A DNA stretch of 64,000 bases from Camelus ferus (GCF_009834535.1 NC_045697.1:53880001-53944000); one strand, 5' to 3'; shown: positions 51,601-64,000, counted from the stretch's first letter. Numbers and translations are program-made. Notes: a model not told the origin generated them from the sequence alone.

Positions 51601-53839
51601 CATTCCAACAATTCCAAATCCATTTTTTGGACAAATAATCACCACAGGAATCAGAGGGAGCTGGCAATTTCTCCAGCTATAGGCTTCAGCTTCTAGGTAT
51701 GGGTATTATAGGAGCATTTATAGAAGGTAATGTCTGCTTATTACACAGCTAATGTACAAAGCCCAACAATCCAAGCATTTTATGACCAAAAGTCTTTTAA
51801 CTATTCTGTGATTAATAGCAAACTTCTGCAACTTAAACTCATTTCTTATCAAGATCTTACACCATTTACAGAATCTTTTAAGAAGGGATCAAAGGTTTGT
51901 TAACATGTCTAAGATCCTTACAGGGTCTACTTTTTTAATTTCCTAATGTTTCATATAAGGTAACTGATGATAATAAGTACTTAGCTTTCCACTTTTCTTT
52001 GTTCAACATGAGAAATCAAGTATTAATTTTAATTCTGATTATAATTCTGGCTGATTGACAGAGATGAAATAAGACACCCTAGGCCTCAGTTTCTTTATTT
52101 ACAAAGTGGGTTATTCTAGAAATCTTCCCATTCCAATATTAAATAAGTCATTTCAGTAGGTTTGTATTTGCTAGCTTTCCCAATAAACTAGAGACAATTA
52201 AGGTAAGTATTTGTATCATAAATTTTGAAATAAAGAAGCTGAACTATGGAAATTAAGTTTTTAAAAAAACTACACAAATGTGAGGCCTTTCAAAAGCTGG
52301 ACAATTTAACTTAAGTATTGCTAATAGGGGGCATTTACTACTTTCCAATAATAGTCACAAAGTTTAAGTTCTGAACTACATTTTCATCATTAAATCCATT
52401 TCTTAAACAAAATTTTTAAAACACTACCTACTTTTCTTCCTCCACATACTTTAATGTGTCTACTGTATCACTTTATTTACAACTTATGTTCATCTGAATG
52501 GACAATTAATTCTTAAGAAGTATTAAGTTTTACTCATTTTGTATCTAGTTCATCTCACCCACAACCACCACCCCACTCTCAATACACACAGCTCACAGAT
52601 TACACAAGCACAAATGCTGACTGGATTAATTCTTATTGATTAAAACCATCTATTTAATACTACTTTACTCCTAATTAAAAGCAGTTTCTTTTATTCACTA
52701 ACCCCATGCAATTTTATGTTCACATTCCTTCTGGATTTCTCAAAAGTGGGGGTGGGGGGGTTGGATTTTTAGAATTAATTTAAGGAAAGAAAATTAAACT
52801 GCCATAATTTAATTATTGAGTTTAAGACTGGAGTAGTACCTTAAACATATTCCCACCCACTCCATTTCCCAAACTTGTCCCTATCCAGTTCACTGATTCA
52901 TGAAGTCTCTTCTTTCTCTTAAGAAAAATCACACATCACAAGTCTAATATCATTTAACTCTACAGCCCATTTAACAAATCCCCACCCCAAATTAATTAGC
53001 CACACAAAAGGGTAGATCCGTGAAATACAGGAAAGCAGCTAGTCATATTTTTTATCAACCATAACCTTTTCAAAACCATCATAATAATCTTAGGGTTGGA
53101 AAAAATCTTAACGCAGCATCCAATCTAGACCACTCTACTACAGACATGTATTGATTCAGGATCTACGTTAGTATTTCCAGGGGCCGGAAGGTCAGTATTT
53201 CAAAAGATACGGCATTCCATTCTGGCAACATCAGTTCTTCCGATATTTCAATGTAACTGTATCCCTCCAATTCTCCATAAATTACATCCATTTGTTCCTC
53301 GCTGTACCCTCTAGGAGCTATGCACAACGTGTTTCTATCAGAACAGTGGCGGGGTTTGTTTGTTTGTTTGTTTGTTTTTGCCTGGCCTCAGTCACACAAT
53401 CACGTTTTCAAACATCATGTTTTCCAAAATAAGTATTTAGGGAAAAAAACAGGCCATTCTTGCCACTCTGCCTATTTGACAGGAATAGCCAAAACTTAAT
53501 TATAAACATTTCTCGACATTAATAATCCACCTATATACCACTTCTTAAATATGTTGCTTACTAGCTTTAAACTTGGCATTAAGGGTTTTCGAAATTTAGC
53601 CTAATAGAAAAGGATGTTCTGAAAATACGCAGTACATCCGCATACTACTACCAGGAACTAAACCCTAAGGGCCTTGCAACTCAGAACAGGCCTTCCTTCA
53701 GCCGCGCCCAGGACAGCTAACGTTAAGTGAAGAAGGGAATTACGATTAGAAAAGAAAAAAAAAAAAAAAGAACAAGACTAGATGAAGTGTTAGGACATGA
53801 AGATCGAAGACGAAAGGGTAGGCCTGTTCTTTTCCAATG

Positions 53840-54660
53840 AATCCAAGGGTCTCAGCGGGGAGACCGGCTCCGCGCGGGGCAGATTAACCTTCCCAACCCC
53901 CAACCCCCAACCCACAACGACAACCACAGCTCCATCTACCCACTCCCGAGCCCCGCCTGCGCCCGTCACCCTTCTCCGCACTAACCTTTCTCCTCTCGGC
54001 TGTCGGCCGCCATTGCTCCCCTCTTGTTTCCGCCGCTGTGGCCGCCGCCGCTTAGACGCGACCCGCGAGGGCGCCACAGCCGCGGCAGCAGAAGCACAGG
54101 CGCGTCCGTCAGTCCGTCCGCTGGGCTGCGCGCTTCGCACCTGAGTGTCTACCAGTCACCCTTTCTCCCTGCTTCTTCCCTTTCTCCCTTTTCCCCTTCC
54201 CTCCTTTCACTCCAGCCTCCCGCAGCCTAGGCCCAGCCTTCCCGTTGGGGCTTGGGGACGGGAGGGGGCAAAGGGGAGGGAAGGGAAACAGATGGCGACG
54301 GCGGGCGGTGCTAAAATGGAGCCTGCTTCCTGCGTGAAACAATCCCGCTCCCGAAATGCCCTGCGCTGTTTACGCCTCGTTTCTCCCTGGGAACGTCACA
54401 GTGCGGAGAGGGGCGGGGAAGTGGGGCGGGCAAGGGAACGTAACGTCAGCACGTCGGCCCCCCCCCCCCCCCGCCGCAGCCCGGAAGTCCCTTGAATGAG
54501 TTTTACTTCTAGTGATTAAGTCGGCCAAGTTACTTTGTGGGCAACTTGCTGCACTGCGTACTCCTAGGTGTCAGTTTTCTCACCTGAAACGACCATTAAT
54601 GGACCTTCCATCCTCCAGGCAAAGATGCTTCCTGTCGCTCCGCGGGACGCCTAATTCAGT
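53840..54660 (-). promoter_or_regulatory. CpG-island, TATA-less promoter and 5' UTR of YTHDC1 (TSS inferred ~54290-54340)
   Basis: Dense CpG; YY1-like AGATGGCG (54290-54297) and AAAATGG (54313-54319); GC boxes at ~54410 and ~54423; CRE-half ACGTCA at ~54393 and ~54444; ETS CCGGAAGT at 54481-54488; no upstream ATG on the minus strand in 54014-54330. Confidence 0.88.
53986..54013 (-). CDS. YTHDC1: YTH N6-methyladenosine RNA binding protein C1, coding exon 1 (MAADSREEK, 28 nt)
   Basis: ATG GCG GCC GAC AGC CGA GAG GAG AAA G followed by donor GTTAGT; matches the known YTHDC1 N-terminus; lies in the CpG island. Confidence 0.96.
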
Positions 54661-57334
54661 TCTGGAAATCGGAGTCTTATTTAGGACAAATATGGGCCGG
54701 TCCTTTTGCAGCCATCACTTTATACTCTGGGTACCAGATGTAAGTTCTTATTTGCTTCAGCGCAGGATGCAACCAGCTGACTTCACAAAAGCCTACTAGT
54801 ATTGATTTTAATTGGGGAAAGGAATGATATTTTAATAATAGCTTTGTATAACAAGTTTGTTAAACATTTATCGAGGTCCTGGGACTAGTGAGAAATTAAA
54901 ACTACAGAAGTGACCAAAAATTACATAATATGGTAAAATCTGCAAAGAAAACTTGCATGAAGTAAACTGTCCAAAGGAATGAAAATGTAATTTTGCTTCA
55001 CTGCTTCATAACTGAGATTACAAGGGAAACAAAATTTGAAGAAAAAAAAAAAAGAGGTAACACTATTATATAAAAACAAGCTAATGGCAAATTTAGAGAA
55101 AGACAGTCTACAGAGTCTTGGTCCTTGATAGCCCTTTTAACATATTGAGACCAAACTGAAGGGAACTGGAAGATTTTAAGCAGTGGGAAAACATGAATAG
55201 AGATTTGTTTGGAGCCATCTGGAGGGCTTCAAGGGAGAAAAGAGAAGGAAATCAATTCAGTAAATATAAAACCAAGCTATGTATCAGAGGCTTAGGAATC
55301 AAGATTAAATAGGACAGTATTTCTGCCTTTAAGGAATTTTAAATATATAGTATAGGGAAGAGAAAAGTAAACAGGATATTACTGTGTAAAAACAATACCT
55401 AAAAATTTGTGTGTTCTTACTGTGTGGTGGGTACTGTTCTGAGCACTTGACCTACACGATCTGATTTCATCTTTCAAAAACGCGATTAGATTAGTATATT
55501 ATTAGCTCTATTTTACATGAAAGGAAAGTGAAGGATTATGAAATTGAAGTGCCCAAAGTTAGGAGTAGTAGTTAGTAACATGACTGAAGTCCAGGTAATT
55601 TGGATTCAGCCATCACCCACTTCCTAATACTGCTTTATGTAGTAAGCTCAGAATGTTACTGGAACCCTTGGGGGCAGGCCACTCAGACTGGTGGGGGGTA
55701 AAGAATAGAGTAAACGAAAGCTTTCTGGAGAAGGGGAAATAAAGCCTAGTTGAGATTTAAAAGCCTCTCAGCCTCAGTAAAAGGAAAAAGGGCAAGGGTG
55801 GTGGGCAGAAGAATGGTTTTCATGTGAAAAAAAAATCCTAGGTGACAAAGCTGCCCATGGTTCAATTCAGGTTGATATTCAATGGTTATGTAAGAAGAAG
55901 CTGAGGATTATGTTCTAGTGAGAGAGACAAAGCATAAGGGAACAAATTAAAAGTCATGATGAATCCTGTGAAAGAAACAAGAGGCTAATGTGGCAAGGCG
56001 GAGATGGGTGGAGGCTTTTTATATTAAAAAAAACTAGTAAAGTCCTCTCTGAGGAGGGAATACATCAGGTGGACTGATAACCAGTAAGAGGAGATAAGAG
56101 TCTTCCAGGCAAAGAACAGCCCATAGAAAGGCTCTGAGGGAGAAAGAGGCCTTGGTGTGGTCAAGGATCTAATGAGAACACCAATGAGCCACCCAGATAA
56201 TGAGTGAGAAAGCAAGTGACTGAGATAATGTTTGAGGGAAAGGCCACATCATACAAGTAAGGGCCTAATCAAGACCCAGGCTAAGACAAAAACAGCACAT
56301 GATCTGCAGAGGGACAGAATTTCAAGGTTGAATCCACTGGAGGGTTGGAATAGATCCACAGATCCACAGCTATAAAATATAAAAACAAGCCAATACAAGT
56401 TCAAGGTGACCAGCACTTCTCAGAGGATGATAACAATATCTAGAGTCTCTGAAACATTTTTCACAACATTTAATATTAAATCAGGCCAGGGCCAGATCAT
56501 ACAGCACAAATTGCAAACTGGTGTCTGCTGACCTAAGACTTTCCTGGAACCAGCAGTGTTTGCGTGCTTTTACTGAAGCTTAAATGCCTTTAATCAGGGC
56601 ATGCACTTTCCAATAAGACCTTTCCTGCATCATCCCTCTCAATTGCCTTACCTTTGACCAATATTACTGACTGAAGTATATATCTATTGAGCATGTGGAT
56701 TGAAAAAAAAAGATAGATTCTGTTGCCCCAGAAAGTTTATGCGGAGTGAGGAATTAAGAAGACTCAGTCCAGAGTCTTAGAGAATATCAATAAAGGGAAT
56801 ATGCAATATGAATCTGGAACATTTTGTCATATTAAAAAGTAGTAATCAAAGAATGCTAGGGTCCTATCAAGATATGAAACATTTTGAACATCTGTAAAGA
56901 TAAAATTGCATTGAATTGAAACATATGCAATATGTTTAAATCCATGAATTTATAATAGTTCAAAAAATTCATCAGTCCCTCTTGAATGACGCTAGGGAAC
57001 CAGTTCATTATTTTGAAAACTGGTAAAGAGAAATCATCATTTATCCTGTCCTTCCAATTAGAACTCTATCTCAGTATTACCAAGCAAGTAGTTGATGAAG
57101 GGAAGTTTCTAGGGAAGTATTCCAGCTAATACGTGGCCAGAGCAAAGTAATGATAGAAGTAGGACACCATCATTTTATAACCATTAATGAAATAAACAAA
57201 CCAAGACAATGGTTATTAATGGCTGCTAATTTATATAACAGTCAGATGTTATGTGCCTCCTGAGGGAAGTACATAATGCTATCTATGAAGTAACGTTGCC
57301 AAGACCATGAAACCTGGATCTCATCAAGACTTGT

Positions 57335-57547
57335 CAGTAGTTCTCAACCAAAGGTGACTCTGCCCCCAGGGAAAGTTTGGAGAAATTTTTAGCTACTGCA
57401 ACAAATTGTGCTACTAGAATGTAGTGGGTGGAGGCCAAGGATGGTGTTAAACATCCTATAGGGCACAGAAGAGCACCCCTCCTCCCCTAAACATAACAAA
57501 TAACTATCTGACCCAAATGCCAATAGTGCTTAGGCTGAGAAATTGTG
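57335..57547 (+). mobile_element. MER20 DNA element inside an L1MC fragment (~56790-57770)
   Basis: CAGTAGTTCTCAACC..TGCCCCCAGGG..TAGTGGGTGGAGGCCAAGGATG..TAAACATCCTA..GCTGAGAAA. Confidence 0.85.
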
Positions 57548-57768
57548 CTTTAGAGCACAGGCAAAACACAGGTGACTGTGTTAAGCAATCCCACACAAAT
57601 ATCATTAGCAAAATCCAGACAGTAGAAAACTCTACAGGACAAACAAGCAGGTGTCTTCAAAAATAAATTGCAGGGAAGGAGGAAAGAAAAACAGAGGAGT
57701 AAGTAATCTATATGTTAAAATAAAATTGTAAGAAATATAAAAAATATAAGCCAATTGCAGGATGTGGA

Positions 57769-58221
57769 TGTTATGGGTTGAAATGTTCCTCAAAATATTA
57801 TGTTGAAGACCTAACCTGAAGTACCTCAGAATGCAACCTTATTTAGTTTTAGGCTTGTTTCATATGTAACTTATTAAAATAAGGTTAGAGTGGAATAGTG
57901 TGGGTCCTTAATCCAATATGACTAGTGTCCTTATAAGAGAGAAGAGATACAGAAACAGAACACAAGGAATGTTTGGCCACGTGACAAATGGAAGGAGAGG
58001 TTGGAACGATGCAGCCAAGGGACTCAAGGATTACAGGCAAAACCCAGAAGCTCAGAGAGGCAAATAAAGATTCTCTCCAATGGGCTTCAGAAGGAACGTG
58101 GCTCTACTGACACTTTGATTTTAGACTTCTATCCTCCAGAACTGTGAGACAATAAGTTTCTGTTGTTTTAAGCCACCCGGTTTCTGGTACCTTGTCATAG
58201 CAGTCCTATGAAACTAATACT
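57769..58221 (+). mobile_element. MaLR solo LTR (MLT1B/C-like) with 5-bp TSD
   Basis: TGTTATGGGTTGAA...CCTCCAGAACTGTGAGACAATAA..AAACTAATAC; GTGGA at 57764-57768 and 58222-58226. Confidence 0.88.
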
Positions 58222-59743
58222 GTGGACCTTATTTAAATGCTGACTTGAATACATGAAAACACATCTCACACACCCCCCCCCAGCAAACTTACAATAGTGA
58301 GTAAATGATGATTTTGAAGGAATTGCTGTTAATAATTTTAGTCTAATAAGTTATGTTTAAAAAAGAATTTTTATAATTTCATGATACATGCTAAAATATT
58401 TGCAGATGAAATGATAATGGTATCTGGGACTTGTTTCCAAATAAACTGACAGGACAGGGGGCTTTGGGTGGCATTATATATGAAATAAGTCCACTCATGA
58501 GCTGAAGATGGGTGATGCATTTGTGGAAAAATGTACTCTCCTCTCTACTTTTTTTTTTAATATTTGAGATTTTCTTTAATAATTTTAAAGAAAAGCAGAG
58601 CAAGAAAAACCAGCCAAGAAAATTAAGGTGATATAAGAATGCCACTTTCCCTAATCCATATTTATCCTATCAGAACTAAAAAGTAACTAAAAATAATCTT
58701 TAATATAATTAGAATTCTATATTTAAGTATTTGCTTTTAAAATAAAGTTATGTGAAAACAAGGGCACAGCTGTTTTAAAAATGCAGTTTTCGTTTTAGGC
58801 ATGTTAATAGAAAAGAAAAGTTATGGAGTTAAAAAGAATTGATCTCTGGATTTGTTGAACATCAATCTATTCAAGTAAACTATTGTGTAATTATTAAAAG
58901 CACAGGCTTTGCAGTCATAATGAGCTGGTACAAATTCTGGCTCTGCCGTTCACTAGCATGAGATCTTAGAGAACTTAACTTCTAATCTTTCATGTCTTTA
59001 TGAATGAAAACTTAGAAATCATTTTCAAAGAGTTACTGTAATGTTTAAAAAGGTTAGAAAAAGGCAGTTAAATGTTCGATAAGCTGGACTTCTGTTATAT
59101 TTATTATTTCTGTAGTTGAGGGAGGATGGATTGTTTTATTGTTGGTAAACTTAAGCAGAAAATATAGCACCAAATGGCTCTCCATGGATTTTTGCGTTAG
59201 CTATGGATGTGTACGATTTCTTGAACGAAGGTGGGTAAACTAAAAACATAGAACCAAAAACTCTTTAGACCTCAGGGGTCATCAAAATGTTATTTAAAAA
59301 ATGTAATACAGCTTATACAGAGGAAAGTTCCTTTTTGATGGTAATGAATTGTGAATTGAATTGAATTTAGTTAGCAATAAAAAGTGCCCCGAGCTATGCA
59401 TGTGGAGAGAAGAACATAAAAGGACTGATTACCAGATTTCAGTTACTATTGAGTTGACATCAGAACAGAGATACTAGAGATAAGCAAAGCTAGGGAAAGA
59501 GCTGTGGTAGGGAACTTTGGAGATCTAGCCCCTCTGAGGGAGATCTCAGTTGTACTTCATAATCCTCCAGCAATCCAGCTGAGACAGCAGAAAGACCACA
59601 CCACATATAGATAGGGACTTTAGCCTAAAGTAAAGTCTGATCATGATCTACTCAGAGACCAAAACCAAGGCCCAGCAAGATCCACAGGGGAAAAAAATGT
59701 GGAAGTTTTGGAGTCTTGCATATTAGAGAGGATTAAGAAAATT

Positions 59744-59890
59744 GGGGGGGTAGGGGTGAGGTATAGCTGGGGGTGAGGGTATAACTGTGGGTGGGGGTGT
59801 AGCTCAGTGGTAAAGTGCATGCTTAGCATGCGTGAGTTCCTGTGTTCAATCCCCAGTACCTCCATTAAAAACAACAACAACAATAACAAA
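59744..59890 (+). mobile_element. Vic-1-like tRNA SINE with reiterated 5' end
   Basis: A and B boxes, (CAA)n tail, flanking AAAATT repeats. Confidence 0.88.
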
Positions 59891-59959
59891 AAAATTGGAC
59901 TTTCCATATATCTACTCCTATAAAATGTAAACATCCAGTGTACACAAGTTCAAAGTGAT

Positions 59960-60130
59960 CAGCTTTTATATGACTGAAGCCCTAATCTGATTGCAATTTC
60001 CTAAGCCAGAACTGCCCAGCTAAGTGATTCTGAAATTCCTGAACCAAAGATGGCGAGACATAATAAAAGTTGTTTTTAAGCCACTAAATTTGGGGGCTGT
60101 GTTGTTACCCAGCACTAGATAAGTAATACA
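59960..60130 (+). mobile_element. MaLR MLT1 LTR 3' part
   Basis: CCCAGCTAAG..TTGTTTTTAAGCCACTAAATTTGGGG..GATAAGTAATACA. Confidence 0.75.
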
Positions 60131-60139
60131 CAATGCCAT

Positions 60140-60765
60140 ATGTAAAAATTAATTGTATTTCTAAATATAGCAACAAACGATCAGAAAATGAAATTTTAAA
60201 ATGTTTACAATAGCATTAAAAACATAAAACACTTAGGAATACCGAAAACTATAAAACAGTGTTGAGGGAAATTAAAGAAGACCTAAATAAATGAAGACAT
60301 ACTCATTATGCATTGAAAGACTCAATACTGATTGATGTCATTTCTCCCTAAATTGAGCTATAGATTCAAAGCAATCCTATTCAAAATCTCAGTGGGTTTT
60401 CCTATAGAAGTTGGCAGGGTGAATTTAAGTTTGTAGGGAATGAAAAGGACCTAGAATAGTCAAAACAATTTTGGAAAACAAGAAAAATTTTGGAGGTCTA
60501 GCACTACCTGATTTCAAGACGACTTATGGCAGGGGAAGGCATAGCTCAGTGGTAGAGTGCATGCCTAACATGCACAAGGTCCTGGGTTCAATCTGCAGTA
60601 CCTCCACTTAGAAAGTAAATAAATAAGTAAACCTAATTACCTTTCCCCTTGCAAAAAAAATTACTTAGAAAAATAATAAAATGAATAAATTAAACTTTAT
60701 GAAAAATATATCATAAAGCTATAGTAATCAAGATAGTGTGGTACTTTTTAAAGTAAGACAACTAT
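60140..60765 (+). mobile_element. Old L1 ORF2 fragment interrupted by a SINE
   Basis: GAAATTAAAGAAGACCTAAATAAATG..CTACCTGATTTCAAGAC | ATAAAGCTATAGTAATCAAGA. Confidence 0.8.
60528..60706 (+). mobile_element. Vic-1-like tRNA SINE
   Basis: ATAGCTCAGTGGTAGAGTGCATGCCTAACATGCACAAGGTCCTGGGTTCAATC..AAACCTAATTACC.. Confidence 0.9.
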
Positions 60766-61719
60766 ATGAATAAAGACACAATCATACCTAGGCATGCAAT
60801 ACAGCATTAAATGTATAGGTAATGTGTGTTATATTCATATACAGTTATATAATACAACATCAAAAATAAGAGCTACATGTATAAACATGGTTAGATTTCA
60901 AAAACATAATGTTAGGTAAAACAGGAGCTCTCAGAGTGCCATGATACTATTATTTAAATGTTAAAAAAAAAACTATGTATTCTTTTATAGATGCAGAAAT
61001 AATGTATGGAAAATATAAAATTGTATTATAGTCCAGAAGTAATCTTCCAAACAGTGTTGATTTCTGGGAAGGGAGGAAGGAATAGAACTGAGAAGGGGTA
61101 CAAGGACTAAACTTTCATCAGATATGCTTTGTTTATTTAAGACAAGAAAGACCTGAAAGACATGGCAAAGCAATGACATTAGTGAGTACATGAGGGTTAC
61201 CTTATTCTCTTCAACATCTTTTAAAAATTTCATTTTTTAAAATTACGCATGAATTTTAGGCAAATTTCTAGTGCTCATCATTGCATCAGGTAATTGTGTT
61301 TAAAATAGTTGGTCACAGCAGAAAAGAAACTGACCCTCCTATAGTCTTTGTCTCTGGGCTTTCTCCACTAGGGGGCCTTGTTTCTGCTCATTCTGAAGAG
61401 CTTGATGCAGATTTAAGAAAATTTCCTATTCCTAAACCAAGTGTGTGTAGGTGAGAGGACAGCCTGGGACCGGACTCTGTATCCTTTATTGAAATACTTA
61501 TCTGGACCTCCAGATGCATAAAGCTTAGCTTGCCTGCACATTCCAGCCTCTCTTCTTGTTTCTGCCTGGGTGCCTCCGTAAGCTAATGTGTAAGAATGTG
61601 GCAGGACCTGATTTGCTGTTCCTGACTGTATCCTTCTCCGTCTTCACCCATGCCTAGTAAGGATTAGGTGTTTTTATAAAATAACACACTAATAGGTTTA
61701 GCATAATAGAATACAGTAT

Positions 61720-62016
61720 TAGGAGAGCTACAAACTTTCAGTTATACTATGATTAAGTTCTAGGATCTAATGAAAGCACAGTGACTAGTTAATAGTGTTG
61801 TACTGTTTACTTGCTTGAGATTTGCTTAGAGGGCAGATTGTAAGTGTTCTCACCACACACACACACAAAAATGGTAACTATAACTATGTGAAGTGACAGA
61901 TGTGTATATTACCTTGATTGTGGTAATCATGTCACAATTTACACATGTAATGTACACCTTAAATATGTACAATGTTCATTTGTCAATCAGAACTGGGGAA
62001 AAAATAAAGTTAAAAA
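61720..62016 (+). mobile_element. L1MA-type extreme 3' end
   Basis: TACAAACTTTCAG..AAGTTCTAGGATCTAATG..GTTCTCACCAC..TGTACACCTTAAAT..AATAAA. Confidence 0.8.
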
Positions 62017-62268
62017 AGAGGAGAGGAATTGTTCATACTGTAGCTGCTCCACTTTGGAAAACATCTGTGAAGGACGTAGGCCTTTCAAGGGTCTTTCTGG
62101 GCTGACCAAGAAAAAGAGGCCACAGGACTTGAAATCCTAAGGAGAACAGAGGACTGAAATAGAAGGTCTGCGGAAACCCCTAGAGAAGGGAACTTCCTGA
62201 AGTCACTTGAAATAGATTTAAAAAGACTTAAAGATACCTTGATGGGAATCACTAAAAAATATTTAAAT

Positions 62269-62379
62269 ATGGAGGAAGATACAGCTCAGGATAGAGCACA
62301 TGCTTAGCATGCACGAGGTCCTGGATTCAGTCCCCAGAACTCCCATTAAAAAAAAAAAAGTATGAAAATATGTATTTGA
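62269..62379 (+). mobile_element. Vic-1-like tRNA SINE with 15-bp TSD
   Basis: A/B boxes, A tail; AAAAAATATTTAAAT at 62254-62268 and 62380-62394. Confidence 0.9.
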
Positions 62380-64000
62380 AAAAAATATTTAAATTTGTAT
62401 TCTGCACCACCTTCTGGCATCTGACTCAGTTCACATTTGGCTCCTAGCAAGACTGGGTCCTTTTTGGTATCAGACTTGCCTGAAGCTCTTCCAGAACTTC
62501 CCAAACATAAGGAAAAGTTACATTAAATATGCCACAGTAAACATTGCTGAACTCTTGAGTGTAACACAGCAGAGGCCTTGATGTAGCACTGAACTCCTGC
62601 CTGAACAATTTAGTATATTATGTACTCTTAAAATAACTAACCTTGACTAGCACGTTTACTTAGAACTTCCTTTCCACATATACTATCTCATTTAAACTTC
62701 ACAACCAACTTGTGAGTTAGATTCAACAAACGTTATAACAGCAGTTATATTTTCAATTGAAAAAAATCAATAAAAATCTAAATATCTAGATATTGCAGGG
62801 TATTTTAAAATTTGGAAGTGTAATAATCTTTTGATTTGAAACCAGGTACCTGAACATTTTCTTCTGCACTAAGATGTCAACGTCAAGTTTTCATTTAGCT
62901 TTTACATGTACCACAGAAGGCAGCCTTGCATGCATTCTTTAATAGGAATTCTATTGGTTTAAGTCTTTTAATAGGAAACAGATTTTCAAAATATAAGTAC
63001 TTCCAAAAAAAGAAAAGAATTCTGCTCAGCTTAAAAAATAATTATCTACTCCTGGGATAGTTAAAGAATTCTGGAATTTCGAAGTTGCTCTGCTTACTTT
63101 TTAACAACATTGATAGATGACATTTACTGAGCACTGCCAAGTCTGCTCTGAATGCTGCCTGTGTTTTACTTCACTTAATCCATCTAATAACCCCATGAGA
63201 CATTACTGTCATCTTTATTTTATTGAAGAGGTAAGTTTCTTTTGAGTAAATGCTTAGTCTTTCAGGGTTTTTCTTTCCTCTTCTTCTCTTTTCTTGGTAG
63301 CATCTTGGTACAGGGGTGTGCTGGGTCTCTCTGGCTGCCCTGACCCATTTTTCTTACACTCTACCCTGCTCTGTACTTTAAAAAGCTGACCTATGGAGAC
63401 TGCTCAGTTGGTTCCTTTCCTTGGTTTTGGCTGAGTGCAGACAAGGGAAGGCACACACAGAAGATCTGAGAGTAGGAAGATAGTAAGAGTTGAATTACTT
63501 AGTTTCATGACTCCCTCCATGCAGGGTTACCAGAGGTTGGCTCTGTACTTCTATTCATAGCAGTCAACAGTACCTATACAGCTATCCTATGTCGGTTCTA
63601 GTAACTTCAACTTTAATTTGTTCGTTCTGCCTTAGGGTATTACTCTGGACTGAACTATGTCTCCCCAAAACTCGTATGTTGAAGCCCTAACTCCCAATGT
63701 CTAACTGTATTGGAGACAAGTCCTGTAGAACCCAGGGGAAGTCCACGAAAACCAGGACAGAGCTGCTCCAGTGTCATTCTTAGTCTCCTGCTGGTCTGGG
63801 GGGACTGTAATAGGAATCCAGGCTGGCAGACTTGGAACAAATTGAGAAGAAGGATTCTACAAGATCAGTAGCAAGTGCTGTGAAAGGCATAAGACTGAAA
63901 GGTCAAGGGAACCTGAGGCACTAAGAGATTCTGGTGACCTGCTTAGGGCTAGCCCAGTGAAGAAGAAAAACCTAGAAACTCATACTTCCACAGTTAAGTC

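Noticed and set aside
53790..54799. Cluster of overlapping ORFs on both strands
   Set aside because: Stop-poor GC-rich CpG island; only 53986-54013 is coding

Overview
This is mammalian genomic DNA, very probably camelid, because it carries four copies of a tRNA-derived SINE matching the camelid Vic-1 type. The window holds the complete YTHDC1 gene (nuclear m6A reader) on the minus strand. It has 17 coding exons, with the ATG at 54013 and the stop at 21636, giving a 2196-nt CDS and a 731-aa protein; all introns are GT-AG and phase-consistent. A CpG-island promoter lies at ~53.8-54.7 kb and an AATAAA poly(A) signal at 20884-20889. The first 5.7 kb is the 3' part of a decayed class I (gammaretrovirus-like) ERV with pro/pol, env and a 3' LTR. 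The remainder is ordinary repeat-rich DNA (L1, ERVL/MaLR, Tigger1, MER20/58, MIR). The strongest non-obvious signal is in the first 1.38 kb of YTHDC1 intron 11. It carries nine sense-strand GGACU motifs, is closed by a second 5' splice site, and every splice route tested through it gives a premature stop, as expected for an m6A-sensing poison-exon feedback module in the m6A reader's own gene. Other leads are a 25-nt candidate microexon in the last intron, a nested 5'UTR hairpin, a CpG-rich patch and a small hydrophobic inter-pol/env ORF in the ERV, and a possible L1 3' transduction. Repeat subfamily names come from recognition by eye and their boundaries are approximate.
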